NCBI GenBank assembly: GCA_021827685.1
Contig: JAKAUM010000007.1
Location: 9,842-73,841, forward strand
DNA: 64,000 nt
Direction: 5' to 3'
Source: a bacterium
GTDB taxonomy: Bacteria; Patescibacteriota; Minisyncoccia; UBA6257; 2-01-FULL-56-20
Part shown: piece after piece, positions 17,444 to 26,035 of the stretch
Layout of the letters: every line of letters starts with the position of its first letter
Position numbering within the stretch: position 1 is the first letter of the stretch
Notes under the pieces: model-generated
What the model saw: the letters and a program-made list of their open reading frames with translations, nothing else
Database searches by the model: none
What the model was told of the DNA's origin: nothing
Program-made: the position numbers and the translations under genes

Positions 17444-17695
17444 AAAAAGAGGCGGGAAGTCGTTAGCTTTCCGCCCCAAGCATCACTCGAAAGGATGAGG
17501 AAACTTGGTTAGCTAACCGTAAGCCATCTTTCCGCGTCCAAACCTTTCGGCGATTTCGTACAAACGCTTCATCCCGGCGGGTTCTTATCGATAACCAAGG
17601 GTCATCTGGACAGTTCCAGGAATAAGCACCCTAACAATGCTAAGGTCACCGTTTCCGCCGTAGTCATCCGAGAGCCTGAGTGGAACAGCTAAACA
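17444..17695 (-). ncRNA. Candidate ~250-nt structured RNA ending in a terminator
   Basis: 5'/3' closing helix, several internal hairpins with G-U and tandem GA pairs, GAAA loop, terminal hairpin plus U-tract; no credible ORF. Confidence 0.55.
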
Positions 17696-17729
17696 TTTCC
17701 AACCCTTACTCGATTTTTCACACAAGCAG

Positions 17730-17884
17730 AATGATTGGCTCGCACATCCTCCTCGTCGAAAGAAAAGTGCGCGTCGCCGCAGGCGACGCTCCAAATTCGT
17801 TTGGAAAAATGGGGGGATCAGTGGGCGGCGCTTTGCGCCGCCCACAATTCGGTCTCCGAAAAACCGTTAAGTTCTGTTCGGGTG
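17730..17884 (+). pseudogene. Frameshifted C-terminal remnant of a putative serine recombinase reading into tRNA-Arg
   Basis: IGSHILLVERKVR then, after a frameshift at G6, QWAALCAAHNSVSEKPLSSVRV-PPEGIEP; recalled resemblance to CPR recombinase C-termini, unverified. Confidence 0.5.
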
Positions 17885-17954
17885 CCCCCGGAGGGAATTG
17901 AACCCCCATCGTATCCTTAGGACGGATCCGCTCTATCCGTTGAGCTACGAGGGC
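17883..17954 (-). tRNA. tRNA-Arg(CCT)
   Basis: GCCCTCG...CGGGGGC-A; anticodon loop GT CCT AA; T-loop GGTTCAATTCC. Confidence 0.9.
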
Positions 17955-17997
17955 TTTTGGGATACACTATACGCAATCGGATGCAGGACGGCAATAT

Positions 17998-18068
17998 GGG
18001 CCTATAGTATAGTGGTAGAACGCCTCCATGGCATGGAGGAGGTCCGGGTTCGATTCCCGGTAGGTCCA
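17998..18068 (+). tRNA. tRNA-Ala(GGC)
   Basis: GGGCCTA...TAGGTCC-A with G3-U70; anticodon arm CCTCC-AT GGC AT-GGAGG. Confidence 0.94.
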
Positions 18069-18082
18069 CGCGGAGTGATTCC

Positions 18083-18931
18083 TCACCTGAGCAAGAATAC
18101 GCCGAACGCGGCGACGAGGGCCGCAGCGACCTTTTTCCAAAGGCGGTCACGCTCGTTAAGAAAAACGGCGCCAAGCATCACCGTAAGCACGATCACCGAT
18201 TGATTGATGGGAGCGAGCCGCGATATGGCGCCGCCTCGTTGGTATGCGAGATACAATAGTATCGCCGACGCTGAATACGTAACCGCAAGGAATATCATTT
18301 TCACGACGGTCGCCGGGCGAGCCAGGGGTTTTAATTCGAAGACAACCCGTGGACGAATAAGAAAGATAAAAATAGCGGGGAGGAGAAAAGCGGCGGTGGT
18401 ATATGAAAGCGCATCCGCGTATCGCAGAATGAAGGCATCGTTGGCAAATGCCGTGCCATAGCAGAACGCAGCGCCGAGCGCGTACAATCCCTCCCTGCCG
18501 AAGCGCAATGCATTTCTTCCGTAGACGACGATGACGACGCTTACGAAGATGAGAACGATTCCTACGATATTCAACGCGGTGAGCGATTCCCCGAAAAACA
18601 ACGTGGCAACCGCAATAGTCCAGAGGCCGCTCGATGACTTAAGCACCGTGACTTCCGAAACCTCCGCGCGCTGTAAGGCCTTAAGAAGCAATAGCGTTCC
18701 CGTGCCGTAAAGCACGCCGGTGAGGATAAAATTCGGGATGAGCCGCGGCATCGGCGGGAGAGAAAATCCATGCAAGCCCGCCGCAACCCCGACAAGCGCG
18801 CCGCAGGCCAATTGGAAAACGAGCGAATAGCTTATCGTACTGCTCTCTGCGTCTTCCATCAGGGCGCGCTGGAACAAGTTCGCAATGGCAAGCAGTACCA
18901 CGCTTATAATGGCGAGCGAATACCAGTTCAT
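18083..18931 (-). CDS. EamA/DMT family transporter
   Basis: About 10 TM helices in two repeats; FFGESLT and FLNER loops. Confidence 0.88.
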   Translation of the reverse strand: MNWYSLAIISVVLLAIANLFQRALMEDAESSTISYSLVFQLACGALVGVAAGLHGFSLPPMPRLIPNFILTGVLYGTGTLLLLKALQRAEVSEVTVLKSSSGLWTIAVATLFFGESLTALNIVGIVLIFVSVVIVVYGRNALRFGREGLYALGAAFCYGTAFANDAFILRYADALSYTTAAFLLPAIFIFLIRPRVVFELKPLARPATVVKMIFLAVTYSASAILLYLAYQRGGAISRLAPINQSVIVLTVMLGAVFLNERDRLWKKVAAALVAAFGVFLLR

Positions 18932-19141
18932 GGACTTATTTTAGCAAAGCGGCGATCTTTTAGGCCCTTGCGCTTTTATATAGCCCGGCGGGGGTGGCCG
19001 AACCGCGCAAATCCCCCGCCCCGCCCCGCCCCGCCTGTTCCGCCTTGTGCCGACGCCCGGGTTCGCTTACTATTTTGATGAAATCCGCGGCTCGTGGCGC
19101 GTGATCCCCCTGCGAGCGGTGGCGGCATCCATATTTAGAGA

Positions 19142-19228
19142 GGAGGCGTGCGTGAGCGGTTGAAACGGACGGTCTTGAAAACCGTTATGCCAGAAATGGC
19201 ATCGAAGGTTCGAATCCTTCCGCCTCCG
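19142..19228 (+). tRNA. tRNA-Ser(TGA)
   Basis: GGAGGCG...CGCCTCC-G; anticodon arm ACGGT-CT TGA AA-ACCGT; long variable arm. Confidence 0.94.
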
Positions 19229-19366
19229 CCCGTTAGGGCATCGGTTCGAGAGACCTTCCGGCCTCGAGTTTTGCTATCTTTTTGAAATGCAGTTCAGGCG
19301 ATGAAAGTCGGCAGGTGTCCAGGATTCGAACCTGCTGAAGAATAATCCTGATCTATAATACAAATT

Positions 19367-20407
19367 ATGGACTTTGCACGTTTAGACAAACTACGCCCCG
19401 GCAACAAAATTGCCGTCCTTTCCCCTTCCTTCGCTGCGCCGGGGAAATGGCCCTGGGTATATGAGCTCGGCTTGAAGCGCTTGCGTGAGGTATTTGGACT
19501 TGAACCGGTGGAATTCCCCACCACTAAAAAGATCGGCGCTTCAAAAGAGGAACGATCAAAAGATTTGATTGATGCGTTCGAGAATAAAGAGGTTAAGGCG
19601 GTCATCGCGTCCCTCGGCGGCGACGATCAGATAACGTATATCAAAAATCTTCCCGTCGAGCCGTTCGTCAATAATCCCAAGCCATTTTTTGGGTTCAGCG
19701 ACAATACACACTTTGAGAATTTCCTCTGGCTGCATGGCATCCCCTCCTACTACGGCGGATCGCTCTTTACCGAGTTCGCGATGCAAAAACGCATGGATCC
19801 CTACACGGTGGAATATCTTAAGCACGCCCTGTTCGATAAAGACGAATTCGAACTGAAGCCAAGTGATATGTATAACGACATGGGACTCGACTGGAATGAT
19901 CCGGCAAATCTCGACAAAGAGCGCGTCTATGAAAAGAATGAGGGATGGCTCTGGGACGGCACGCAAAATGCCGAAGGCACTACATGGGGCGGGTGCGTAG
20001 AATCCATCGACGAGCTCCTGCGGCACGGGGTTCAAATCCCGTCGCTTCAGGATTTCGAAAATGTCGTGCTTTTTGCCGAAACCTCCGAAGAAATTCCCTC
20101 AGCCGATTACGTGCGCCGCGTCTATCGCGCCCTCGGCGAGCGAGGAATCTTGCAGCGCGTGAAAGCTGTGCTGACCGGCCGCCCGAAAGCGTGGGAATTT
20201 AGTAACGAACGCAACGCGGAAGAGAAACACGCCCACCGGGAAGCGCAAAGAGCGGCAATCACCAAAACCGTAAGGCAGTACAATTCTTCTATCCCGATCA
20301 TCCACAATCTCGACATCGGACACACCGCACCGCAGATTCCTTTGCCGAATGGAAGACGAATCCGAATCGACGCGAAAGAAAAGAAAATATTCGTCGATTT
20401 CTCATGA
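19367..20407 (+). CDS. Peptidase S66 family (LD-carboxypeptidase/MccF-like)
   Basis: IAVLSPS, SLGGDD, GFSDNT (catalytic Ser), WGGC, AETSEE, DIGHTAPQ. Confidence 0.9.
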   Translation: MDFARLDKLRPGNKIAVLSPSFAAPGKWPWVYELGLKRLREVFGLEPVEFPTTKKIGASKEERSKDLIDAFENKEVKAVIASLGGDDQITYIKNLPVEPFVNNPKPFFGFSDNTHFENFLWLHGIPSYYGGSLFTEFAMQKRMDPYTVEYLKHALFDKDEFELKPSDMYNDMGLDWNDPANLDKERVYEKNEGWLWDGTQNAEGTTWGGCVESIDELLRHGVQIPSLQDFENVVLFAETSEEIPSADYVRRVYRALGERGILQRVKAVLTGRPKAWEFSNERNAEEKHAHREAQRAAITKTVRQYNSSIPIIHNLDIGHTAPQIPLPNGRRIRIDAKEKKIFVDFS

Positions 20408-21525
20408 GGCATCGTGCGGCGGTATTTGTGCTCGATAACGGCAAAGTTCTCCTCTTCCATCGCTTCAAGAATGGGGATGAATATTATGCCGTTCCGGGCG
20501 GCGGTGTTGAGGCCAACGAAACTCCGGAAGAGGCCGCAATAAGAGAGCTAAAAGAAGAAACCAATTTGGATGTACTGCTCGGAGAAAAAATCGGAGAGCT
20601 CGAAGAAGATAGCAACCGACAATACTTCTATATTGCGAAGTCTTGGGCCGGCACACCGACACTCGGCGGCCCGGAAGCGGAACGCAATTCACCAAACAAC
20701 CAGTATATCCTCGAATGGATACCGATCAAGAAACTGGAAGGTATAAATTTGAGAACTGATATAGCGGCCATTCTTCTGAAACACGCAAACACGACCCAAT
20801 CCGACATCTTCTCCCGCATCAAAGCGCTCAACCTCCCCTTCGGCGAATATGTCGTCGTTTCAAGCGGCACCCTTGAGGCGCTGGGCATCCGTCCGGCGCG
20901 CGATCTGGATATCGCCGCAACGTCAAAGCTTTTCGAGAAACTCCGCGCGGAAGGCGGATGGACCGAAGAAGAGCGGTACGGGAAGATCTTCCTCAGCAAG
21001 CCCGGCATCGATATCATCCGCCAGCTTTCATGGGATACTTACCCCACCACTACCGAAGAAGCCATTAGATCGGCGCTCGTCATCGAAGGCATCCCATTTA
21101 TGAATCTTGATGAGTTGAAGCGATTCAAACGAGCGCTTGGCCGCGAAAAGGATTTTACAGATATCAAACTTATCGAAAAATATGAAGAAAATGCCGCACT
21201 GCGGTTCCTCCATAAAACCGTAACCGCAACTATCGATCGCCCGCTCGGGAGCGAGCATCCAAAGTGGAATTTTGAATATCCAATCAACTACGGATCTATC
21301 CAAAATACGAAAAGCAGCGATGGCGAGGAGGTTGATGCCTATGTGTTGGGCATAAATGAGCCGCTCAAGGAATTCACGGGAAAATGTATCGCGATCATCC
21401 ATCGCCTGGATGATGATGACGACAAGCTGGTGCTCGCGCCCGAAGGCATGGATTTTAGCGACGACGACATCCGGACAACCACCCATTTCCAAGAGCAATA
21501 CTTTACATCGGTGATTGTGAGATAA
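20404..21525 (+). CDS. NUDIX hydrolase / nucleotidyltransferase-like / inorganic pyrophosphatase-like fusion
   Basis: Nudix box GGGVEANETPEEAAIRELKEET; middle SG.L..LGIR..RDLDI...GREKD; C-terminal IDRPLGS.HP...YPINYG...DGEEVDAY...DDDKLV. Confidence 0.78.
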   Translation: MRHRAAVFVLDNGKVLLFHRFKNGDEYYAVPGGGVEANETPEEAAIRELKEETNLDVLLGEKIGELEEDSNRQYFYIAKSWAGTPTLGGPEAERNSPNNQYILEWIPIKKLEGINLRTDIAAILLKHANTTQSDIFSRIKALNLPFGEYVVVSSGTLEALGIRPARDLDIAATSKLFEKLRAEGGWTEEERYGKIFLSKPGIDIIRQLSWDTYPTTTEEAIRSALVIEGIPFMNLDELKRFKRALGREKDFTDIKLIEKYEENAALRFLHKTVTATIDRPLGSEHPKWNFEYPINYGSIQNTKSSDGEEVDAYVLGINEPLKEFTGKCIAIIHRLDDDDDKLVLAPEGMDFSDDDIRTTTHFQEQYFTSVIVR

Positions 21526-21532
21526 TAAGAAT

Positions 21533-22165
21533 ATGAAGCTTCTCCTCACTTCCTGCGGATGGGAATACAATCCGAAGATCGCGAAAGAATTCCTGCGCCT
21601 GATCAGTAAGAAACCCGCTCAAATAAAAATCTTTCTGGTCACTACCGCGGACAAGAAAAACAAAGATTGGAAATGGGTGAAGCGGCAAGTGAGGATGATC
21701 GCGAGAATCGGCATCGCCGAGAAGAATATCGAGATTTTCAGTTTGGATAGAAAAATAAGGAAAGATGAACTTGCATACATCGACGCCGTCTATGTATGCG
21801 GAGGTAACACGTTCCTCTATCTGCACGGCATCAGAAAGACAGGATTGGATAAGGTGATAGCCAAATTCACCAAAAAGGGCGGGCTGTATTATGGCATAAG
21901 CGCGGGCAGCATTCTTGCAGGACCAGACATCGCGTTCATCACTCCCCTGGATGACCCGAGCGTAGTCCGAGCGCTTCCAACGGTGAAGGTGATACACACA
22001 AAAGGACTTTGCCTGACCAATGTAGGCGTCGCCCCACACTATAACAACAAGGAGTACGTAGGCGTCATTAACGAATCCCGCGCGAAATCAAAATTTCCCA
22101 TCGTGCCGCTTACCGATACGCAGGCGCTCGCGATCGTCGGGCGGAAAAAGAAAATCATTGAATAA
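21533..22165 (+). CDS. Peptidase S51 (peptidase E-like)
   Basis: MKLLLTS, YVCGGNTF, YYGISAGS, PHY. Confidence 0.88.
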   Translation: MKLLLTSCGWEYNPKIAKEFLRLISKKPAQIKIFLVTTADKKNKDWKWVKRQVRMIARIGIAEKNIEIFSLDRKIRKDELAYIDAVYVCGGNTFLYLHGIRKTGLDKVIAKFTKKGGLYYGISAGSILAGPDIAFITPLDDPSVVRALPTVKVIHTKGLCLTNVGVAPHYNNKEYVGVINESRAKSKFPIVPLTDTQALAIVGRKKKIIE

Positions 22166-22168
22166 CCT

Positions 22169-22666
22169 ATGATCATCTTTCTCAACGGCTCCATTAATTC
22201 CGGCAAGAGTACCGCGGCAAAACTCCTTGCCGAGAAGATCTCAAACTCGGCAATCGTGGAGATCGATGCTCTGCGCGACATGATTGCGTGGATGCAGATC
22301 GATCAGGCGGTTCCCATAAATCTTGAAAATGCCGTAGCGGTCATCCGCATTTTCACAAAGCACGGCATCTCCTGCATCGTCCCTTATCCTCTCTCCGAAA
22401 AGAACCACGCCTATATGACCGATGCGCTTGCGGGCATCGGGACGCCGATCCATTATTTTACTCTCGCGCCATCCATTGAGACGGCACTCTCCGACCGGGG
22501 TGGCAGGAAACTCGACGGTGTGGAACGGGATCGGATCAAGCGTCACTATGCAATCGGCATCCATACACCATCGTTCGGCACGACCATCGACAATTCAAAG
22601 CGCACACCACAAGAGACAGTGGAAATAATTTTGGCTAGTATCGATCTTGAGCGTCATAACATTTAA
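22169..22666 (+). CDS. P-loop small-molecule kinase (AAA_33/TmrB-like)
   Basis: MIIFLNGSINSGKST Walker A; IDNS..TP.ET C-terminus. Confidence 0.75.
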   Translation: MIIFLNGSINSGKSTAAKLLAEKISNSAIVEIDALRDMIAWMQIDQAVPINLENAVAVIRIFTKHGISCIVPYPLSEKNHAYMTDALAGIGTPIHYFTLAPSIETALSDRGGRKLDGVERDRIKRHYAIGIHTPSFGTTIDNSKRTPQETVEIILASIDLERHNI

Positions 22667-22671
22667 AATGT

Positions 22672-23298
22672 ATGAAAACGATGTGTATCCTCTATGTCGT
22701 CAGGCATGGCGAAACCGATGCGAACGCGAAAGGCCTCATTCAGGGCCAATCAGATTTTTCTCTTACAAGCATCGGGGAGAGCCAAGCGACCAATCTCGCA
22801 AAGAAATTTAAACATATCCATTTCGCCGCCGTATTCTCATCGGACCTAATACGTGCACGGAGGACCGCCGAGATAATTACACTTGAAAAGAAGCTCGCCG
22901 TTAATACCAGTCATCTTCTTCGTGAACGCAATTTCGGAAAGTACGAGGGGAAGCCGCAAACGCTATTTCGAGAAGAGAATGAGGAATTTCTGAGACAACT
23001 TACGGCATTGCCCTATGAGGAGGGGAAAAAATTGAAAGCCGCGGAAGATATCGAAAACGATGACGAATTAACGGCTCGGTTCATCACATTCTTGCGCGAG
23101 ATTGCCGTAACGTATCAGGGAAAGACCGTTTTGGTTGTTACGCACGCTGGTGTGATGCGTGCGTTTTTGAGACATATGAATCACGATTCGTCGAGCGGCT
23201 TTATCGAAAACGCGGGATACTTCAGGCTCCGTTCGGACGGAATCAACTTTTTCGTCGATGAGACGTCTGGCATAGGCGAGTCTCCTCGATCGCGCTGA
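22672..23298 (+). CDS. Histidine phosphatase family protein
   Basis: VRHGET, SSDLIRARRTA, LRERNFG, VVTHAG. Confidence 0.92.
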   Translation: MKTMCILYVVRHGETDANAKGLIQGQSDFSLTSIGESQATNLAKKFKHIHFAAVFSSDLIRARRTAEIITLEKKLAVNTSHLLRERNFGKYEGKPQTLFREENEEFLRQLTALPYEEGKKLKAAEDIENDDELTARFITFLREIAVTYQGKTVLVVTHAGVMRAFLRHMNHDSSSGFIENAGYFRLRSDGINFFVDETSGIGESPRSR

Positions 23299-23314
23299 TC
23301 GTCCCGATACAATT

Positions 23315-23400
23315 TGTTTTAGGCACACACATATGGCGGACTAGGTTTTGAATTCGGCAAGGGCTTCGTTTGGCGTCTTGCCGCCCAATCCGCATGTGTA
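23315..23400 (-). pseudogene. IS481-like transposase 3' remnant with terminal repeat
   Basis: GLGGKTPNEALAEFKT* followed by ...CATATGTGTGTGCCTAAAACA; IS481 ends are TGT...ACA. Confidence 0.45.
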
Positions 23401-23503
23401 GGAATCAAGATGAAGAGAAATACTGGCGCGAAACGAGCTGCGATCAACAATGGAGAAACCTATCGAGAAACCGAGATACCTCAAATTTCGCCCGTAAGCT
23501 ATA

Positions 23504-23893
23504 ATGACCGCAACAAAAATCGTCATAACTCATGCAAGCGCGCTGCCTTGGAAAGGCGAATTTTATGCGGCGGTTCGAGCATCTCGGCTGTACGAAAATA
23601 ATGATGTTTTCTTGCCGCAAGAGAAAAACAAACCGGAGCAGATTACCAAAGAGCGAATCGAACATTGCGACCTCATGATTGCTGAAGTTTCTTGCCCCTC
23701 AACGGGGCAAGAAATAGAACTTGGATGGGCGGATGCCTATCATCGCCCGATTATTTGCGTTCATCAGGAAAAAAACGCTGTTTCGAACTCGCTACGATTT
23801 ACCACGAGCGAATTCATCAGCTATAAGGATTCCGAAAACCTGATTGCACAGCTTGAGCGGCTGATCCTAGAGAAATATCAACCCGCGGCATAG
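23504..23893 (+). CDS. Nucleoside 2-deoxyribosyltransferase-like protein
   Basis: CDLMIAEVSCPSTGQEIELGWA; start uncertain because the ATG overlaps a TATAAT box. Confidence 0.7.
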   Translation: MTATKIVITHASALPWKGEFYAAVRASRLYENNDVFLPQEKNKPEQITKERIEHCDLMIAEVSCPSTGQEIELGWADAYHRPIICVHQEKNAVSNSLRFTTSEFISYKDSENLIAQLERLILEKYQPAA

Positions 23894-23966
23894 TTTCCGC
23901 ATAATGTTCTTCTTATAGAAGCGCTTGCGGCCGAACCCGCGCGCGCAAACATGGTAGAATGAGATT

Positions 23967-25049
23967 ATGGATGACAAGCGCGTGATCCGGATTGTCGAGA
24001 AGGTTATGCCCTCGGTAGTCTCGATCGTCATTTCGAAACATCTGGAAGACCTGGAAAAAGAGCTTCCGAAGGAAATGTTCCCCTTCATCCCGGAGGGGGC
24101 GGGCGGGCGGCGCCCCGGGATCGGCAAGGGAGCCGGCGCCGGAACGCTCAAAATCCCGAGCGATATGGTGGATAAAAACGGCATGGTCCAAGTAGGCGGC
24201 GGATCAGGCACGGTGGTCGCGCCGGACGGCCTCATCCTCACGAACAAGCACGTGGTCGCCGACCGGCGTGCGGCATATACGGTGATTCTCGATGGGGACC
24301 GGCGGTTCCCGGCGGAGATCCTGAGCCGCGATCCCATCAACGATGTCGCTATCCTTAAAATCGGCGCAGGCGGGCTTCCCTTCTTAAAACTCGGCGATGC
24401 GGCGAAGCTGAAGCTCGGCCAGTCGGTCATCGCAATCGGGAACGCCCTCGGCATTTTCCGGAACACGGTCTCTCTCGGCATTGTTTCCGGCCTGTCCCGC
24501 TCCGTGACGGCGCAGGCGGAGCCGGACGCCGCGCCGCAGGAGATGCGCGGACTCATCCAGACCGATGCCGCAATCAATCCCGGCAACTCGGGCGGCCCGC
24601 TCGTGGACAAAAACTGCCTCGTCGTCGGCGTCAACACCGCAGTCGTTTCCGGCGCGCAGAGCATCGGCTTTGCGATCCCCGTGAACGCCGCCCGGCGCGA
24701 CCTCGAGGACATCGCGCGCTACGGACGCATCCGGCGCCCCCTTCTCGGCCTCCGCTATCTTATGATCGACGACGACCTTAGGGCGAAGCTCGACCTCCCG
24801 GTGGACTACGGCGCGCTCGCCATCCGCGAAAGCAACCATGACGGAGCGGTGGTGCCGGAGAGCCCCGCCGCGAAAGCCGGCCTCCGCGAAAAAGACATCG
24901 TGCTCTCGCTGAACGGGGCGCGCCTCGATCGCGACCATCCTATCCAGGATTTTCTGGAAAATTTGAACGTCGGCGACGAAATCGCGCTCACCGTCCTCCG
25001 CGGCGCGAAACGGTTCGAGGCGAAACTGACGCTTGCAGAAAGGAAATAA
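23967..25049 (+). CDS. HtrA/DegP-family serine protease with PDZ domain
   Basis: LTNKHVV, NDVAILK, IQTDAAINPGNSGGPL, SPAAKAGL. Confidence 0.95.
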   Translation: MDDKRVIRIVEKVMPSVVSIVISKHLEDLEKELPKEMFPFIPEGAGGRRPGIGKGAGAGTLKIPSDMVDKNGMVQVGGGSGTVVAPDGLILTNKHVVADRRAAYTVILDGDRRFPAEILSRDPINDVAILKIGAGGLPFLKLGDAAKLKLGQSVIAIGNALGIFRNTVSLGIVSGLSRSVTAQAEPDAAPQEMRGLIQTDAAINPGNSGGPLVDKNCLVVGVNTAVVSGAQSIGFAIPVNAARRDLEDIARYGRIRRPLLGLRYLMIDDDLRAKLDLPVDYGALAIRESNHDGAVVPESPAAKAGLREKDIVLSLNGARLDRDHPIQDFLENLNVGDEIALTVLRGAKRFEAKLTLAERK

Positions 25050-25071
25050 GCCCTCGCGGCGCAACGCGCCT

Positions 25072-26022
25072 TCAGTATGAATAGTAATCTACGAGAAGCC
25101 CCTGCCGGTCGAGGAGTTCCACGCGGTCGTGATACTGGTCAAGCGGGCTCGATCCCATCCAAACGTCAACCTCGTTCGAGAGGAAATTCGGGTCGCGGTA
25201 ATAGGTGTTAAAACACCAGCGATAATCGAACTTCCCGGTGAGGTACTGGCGGCACGCGTAATCGTACGGGGGAATTTCCGGACTCGAGAGATCCGGCGCG
25301 CGGCAGCCGTTCAGCGAGAGGATATAATCCTGGCATGCGCCGGTAAACGCCTGGAGACCCGCAAGGCCGATGCTGGGACAGTTCTGCGGCAAGGGCGGAT
25401 CGAACTGGTTCCGGTTCGGGAGATAGCCGAGGCATTCGTTAAGACGGAGGTTCAGCGGCGCGGAGGTGGAATAGATATGGAGCGTATCCCCGTTCTTGAG
25501 GAATATGTCCGACTGGGGATTGATGCCGAGCGGGTCGTAGATCTCGACGGCCTGCGGGAGATACTCGCCGCCGCGGTTCGTTTTTATTTCCCATCCTGTC
25601 ACGTCGATCGTCGTGGACGGCTTCGAATAATGGGTGTCGAGCGTAATCTCGCCGTATCCGGTGGAGCCGAAAACTTGGGCGGGGGCGGGACTCACCGAGC
25701 CGAAGCGTATTTCGCGGAAGTACGGCGAGAGATCGGCCGCCGTGAAGCCGGGCGGGATATCGGAAAGGGACGGGGAAGAAGATGAGGGCGGTGCGGAAAG
25801 AGAATATCCGCCGCCCGCGCCGCTGCTTCCGGCGCCGCCGGATCCGGCCCCGCCGCTCCCGTTCCCTCCGCCGGAAGGACTCCCGTTCGCCGCCTGATAG
25901 CTCGGCACGGTTGATTTAAGGAAGGTGATCCCTTTCGTAAGGTATCCGGAATTATAGATGAAAAGGAAAACGCCGCCGAAGACGACGATGAGGAAGACGA
26001 AGCCGATCATTTTGGATGCCAT
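25072..26022 (-). CDS. Membrane-anchored extracytoplasmic hypothetical protein
   Basis: N-terminal TM, Gly/Ser linker, Cys-containing domain with lamin-tail-like IDVTGWEIK. Confidence 0.75.
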   Translation of the reverse strand: MASKMIGFVFLIVVFGGVFLFIYNSGYLTKGITFLKSTVPSYQAANGSPSGGGNGSGGAGSGGAGSSGAGGGYSLSAPPSSSSPSLSDIPPGFTAADLSPYFREIRFGSVSPAPAQVFGSTGYGEITLDTHYSKPSTTIDVTGWEIKTNRGGEYLPQAVEIYDPLGINPQSDIFLKNGDTLHIYSTSAPLNLRLNECLGYLPNRNQFDPPLPQNCPSIGLAGLQAFTGACQDYILSLNGCRAPDLSSPEIPPYDYACRQYLTGKFDYRWCFNTYYRDPNFLSNEVDVWMGSSPLDQYHDRVELLDRQGLLVDYYSY

Positions 26023-26035
26023 TGCCGGTGCGCCG

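Larger units (their letters stand above)
15993..17884. mobile_element. Degenerate integrative mini-element at the 3' end of tRNA-Arg(CCT)
   Basis: Direct repeat TTCGGGTG at 15993-16000 and 17877-17884, the latter overlapping the tRNA 3' end; AT-rich cargo; recombinase-tail-like fragments at both ends. Confidence 0.65.
19229..23893 (+). mobile_element. Genomic island downstream of tRNA-Ser(TGA)
   Basis: Visible drop in GC, six co-oriented accessory genes, IS remnant, starts at tRNA 3' end; right boundary approximate. Confidence 0.55.

Noticed and set aside
17444-17695. tmRNA, RNase P RNA, T-box or M-box identity for the structured segment
   Set aside because: No tRNA-like ends, no GAGGAAAGTCC/AACCCGGCTTA pair, no T-box sequence; only superficial M-box-like words
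18985-19065. CCCCG run upstream of tRNA-Ser(TGA)
   Set aside because: Short GC microsatellite-like tract with no supporting structure or second copy identified
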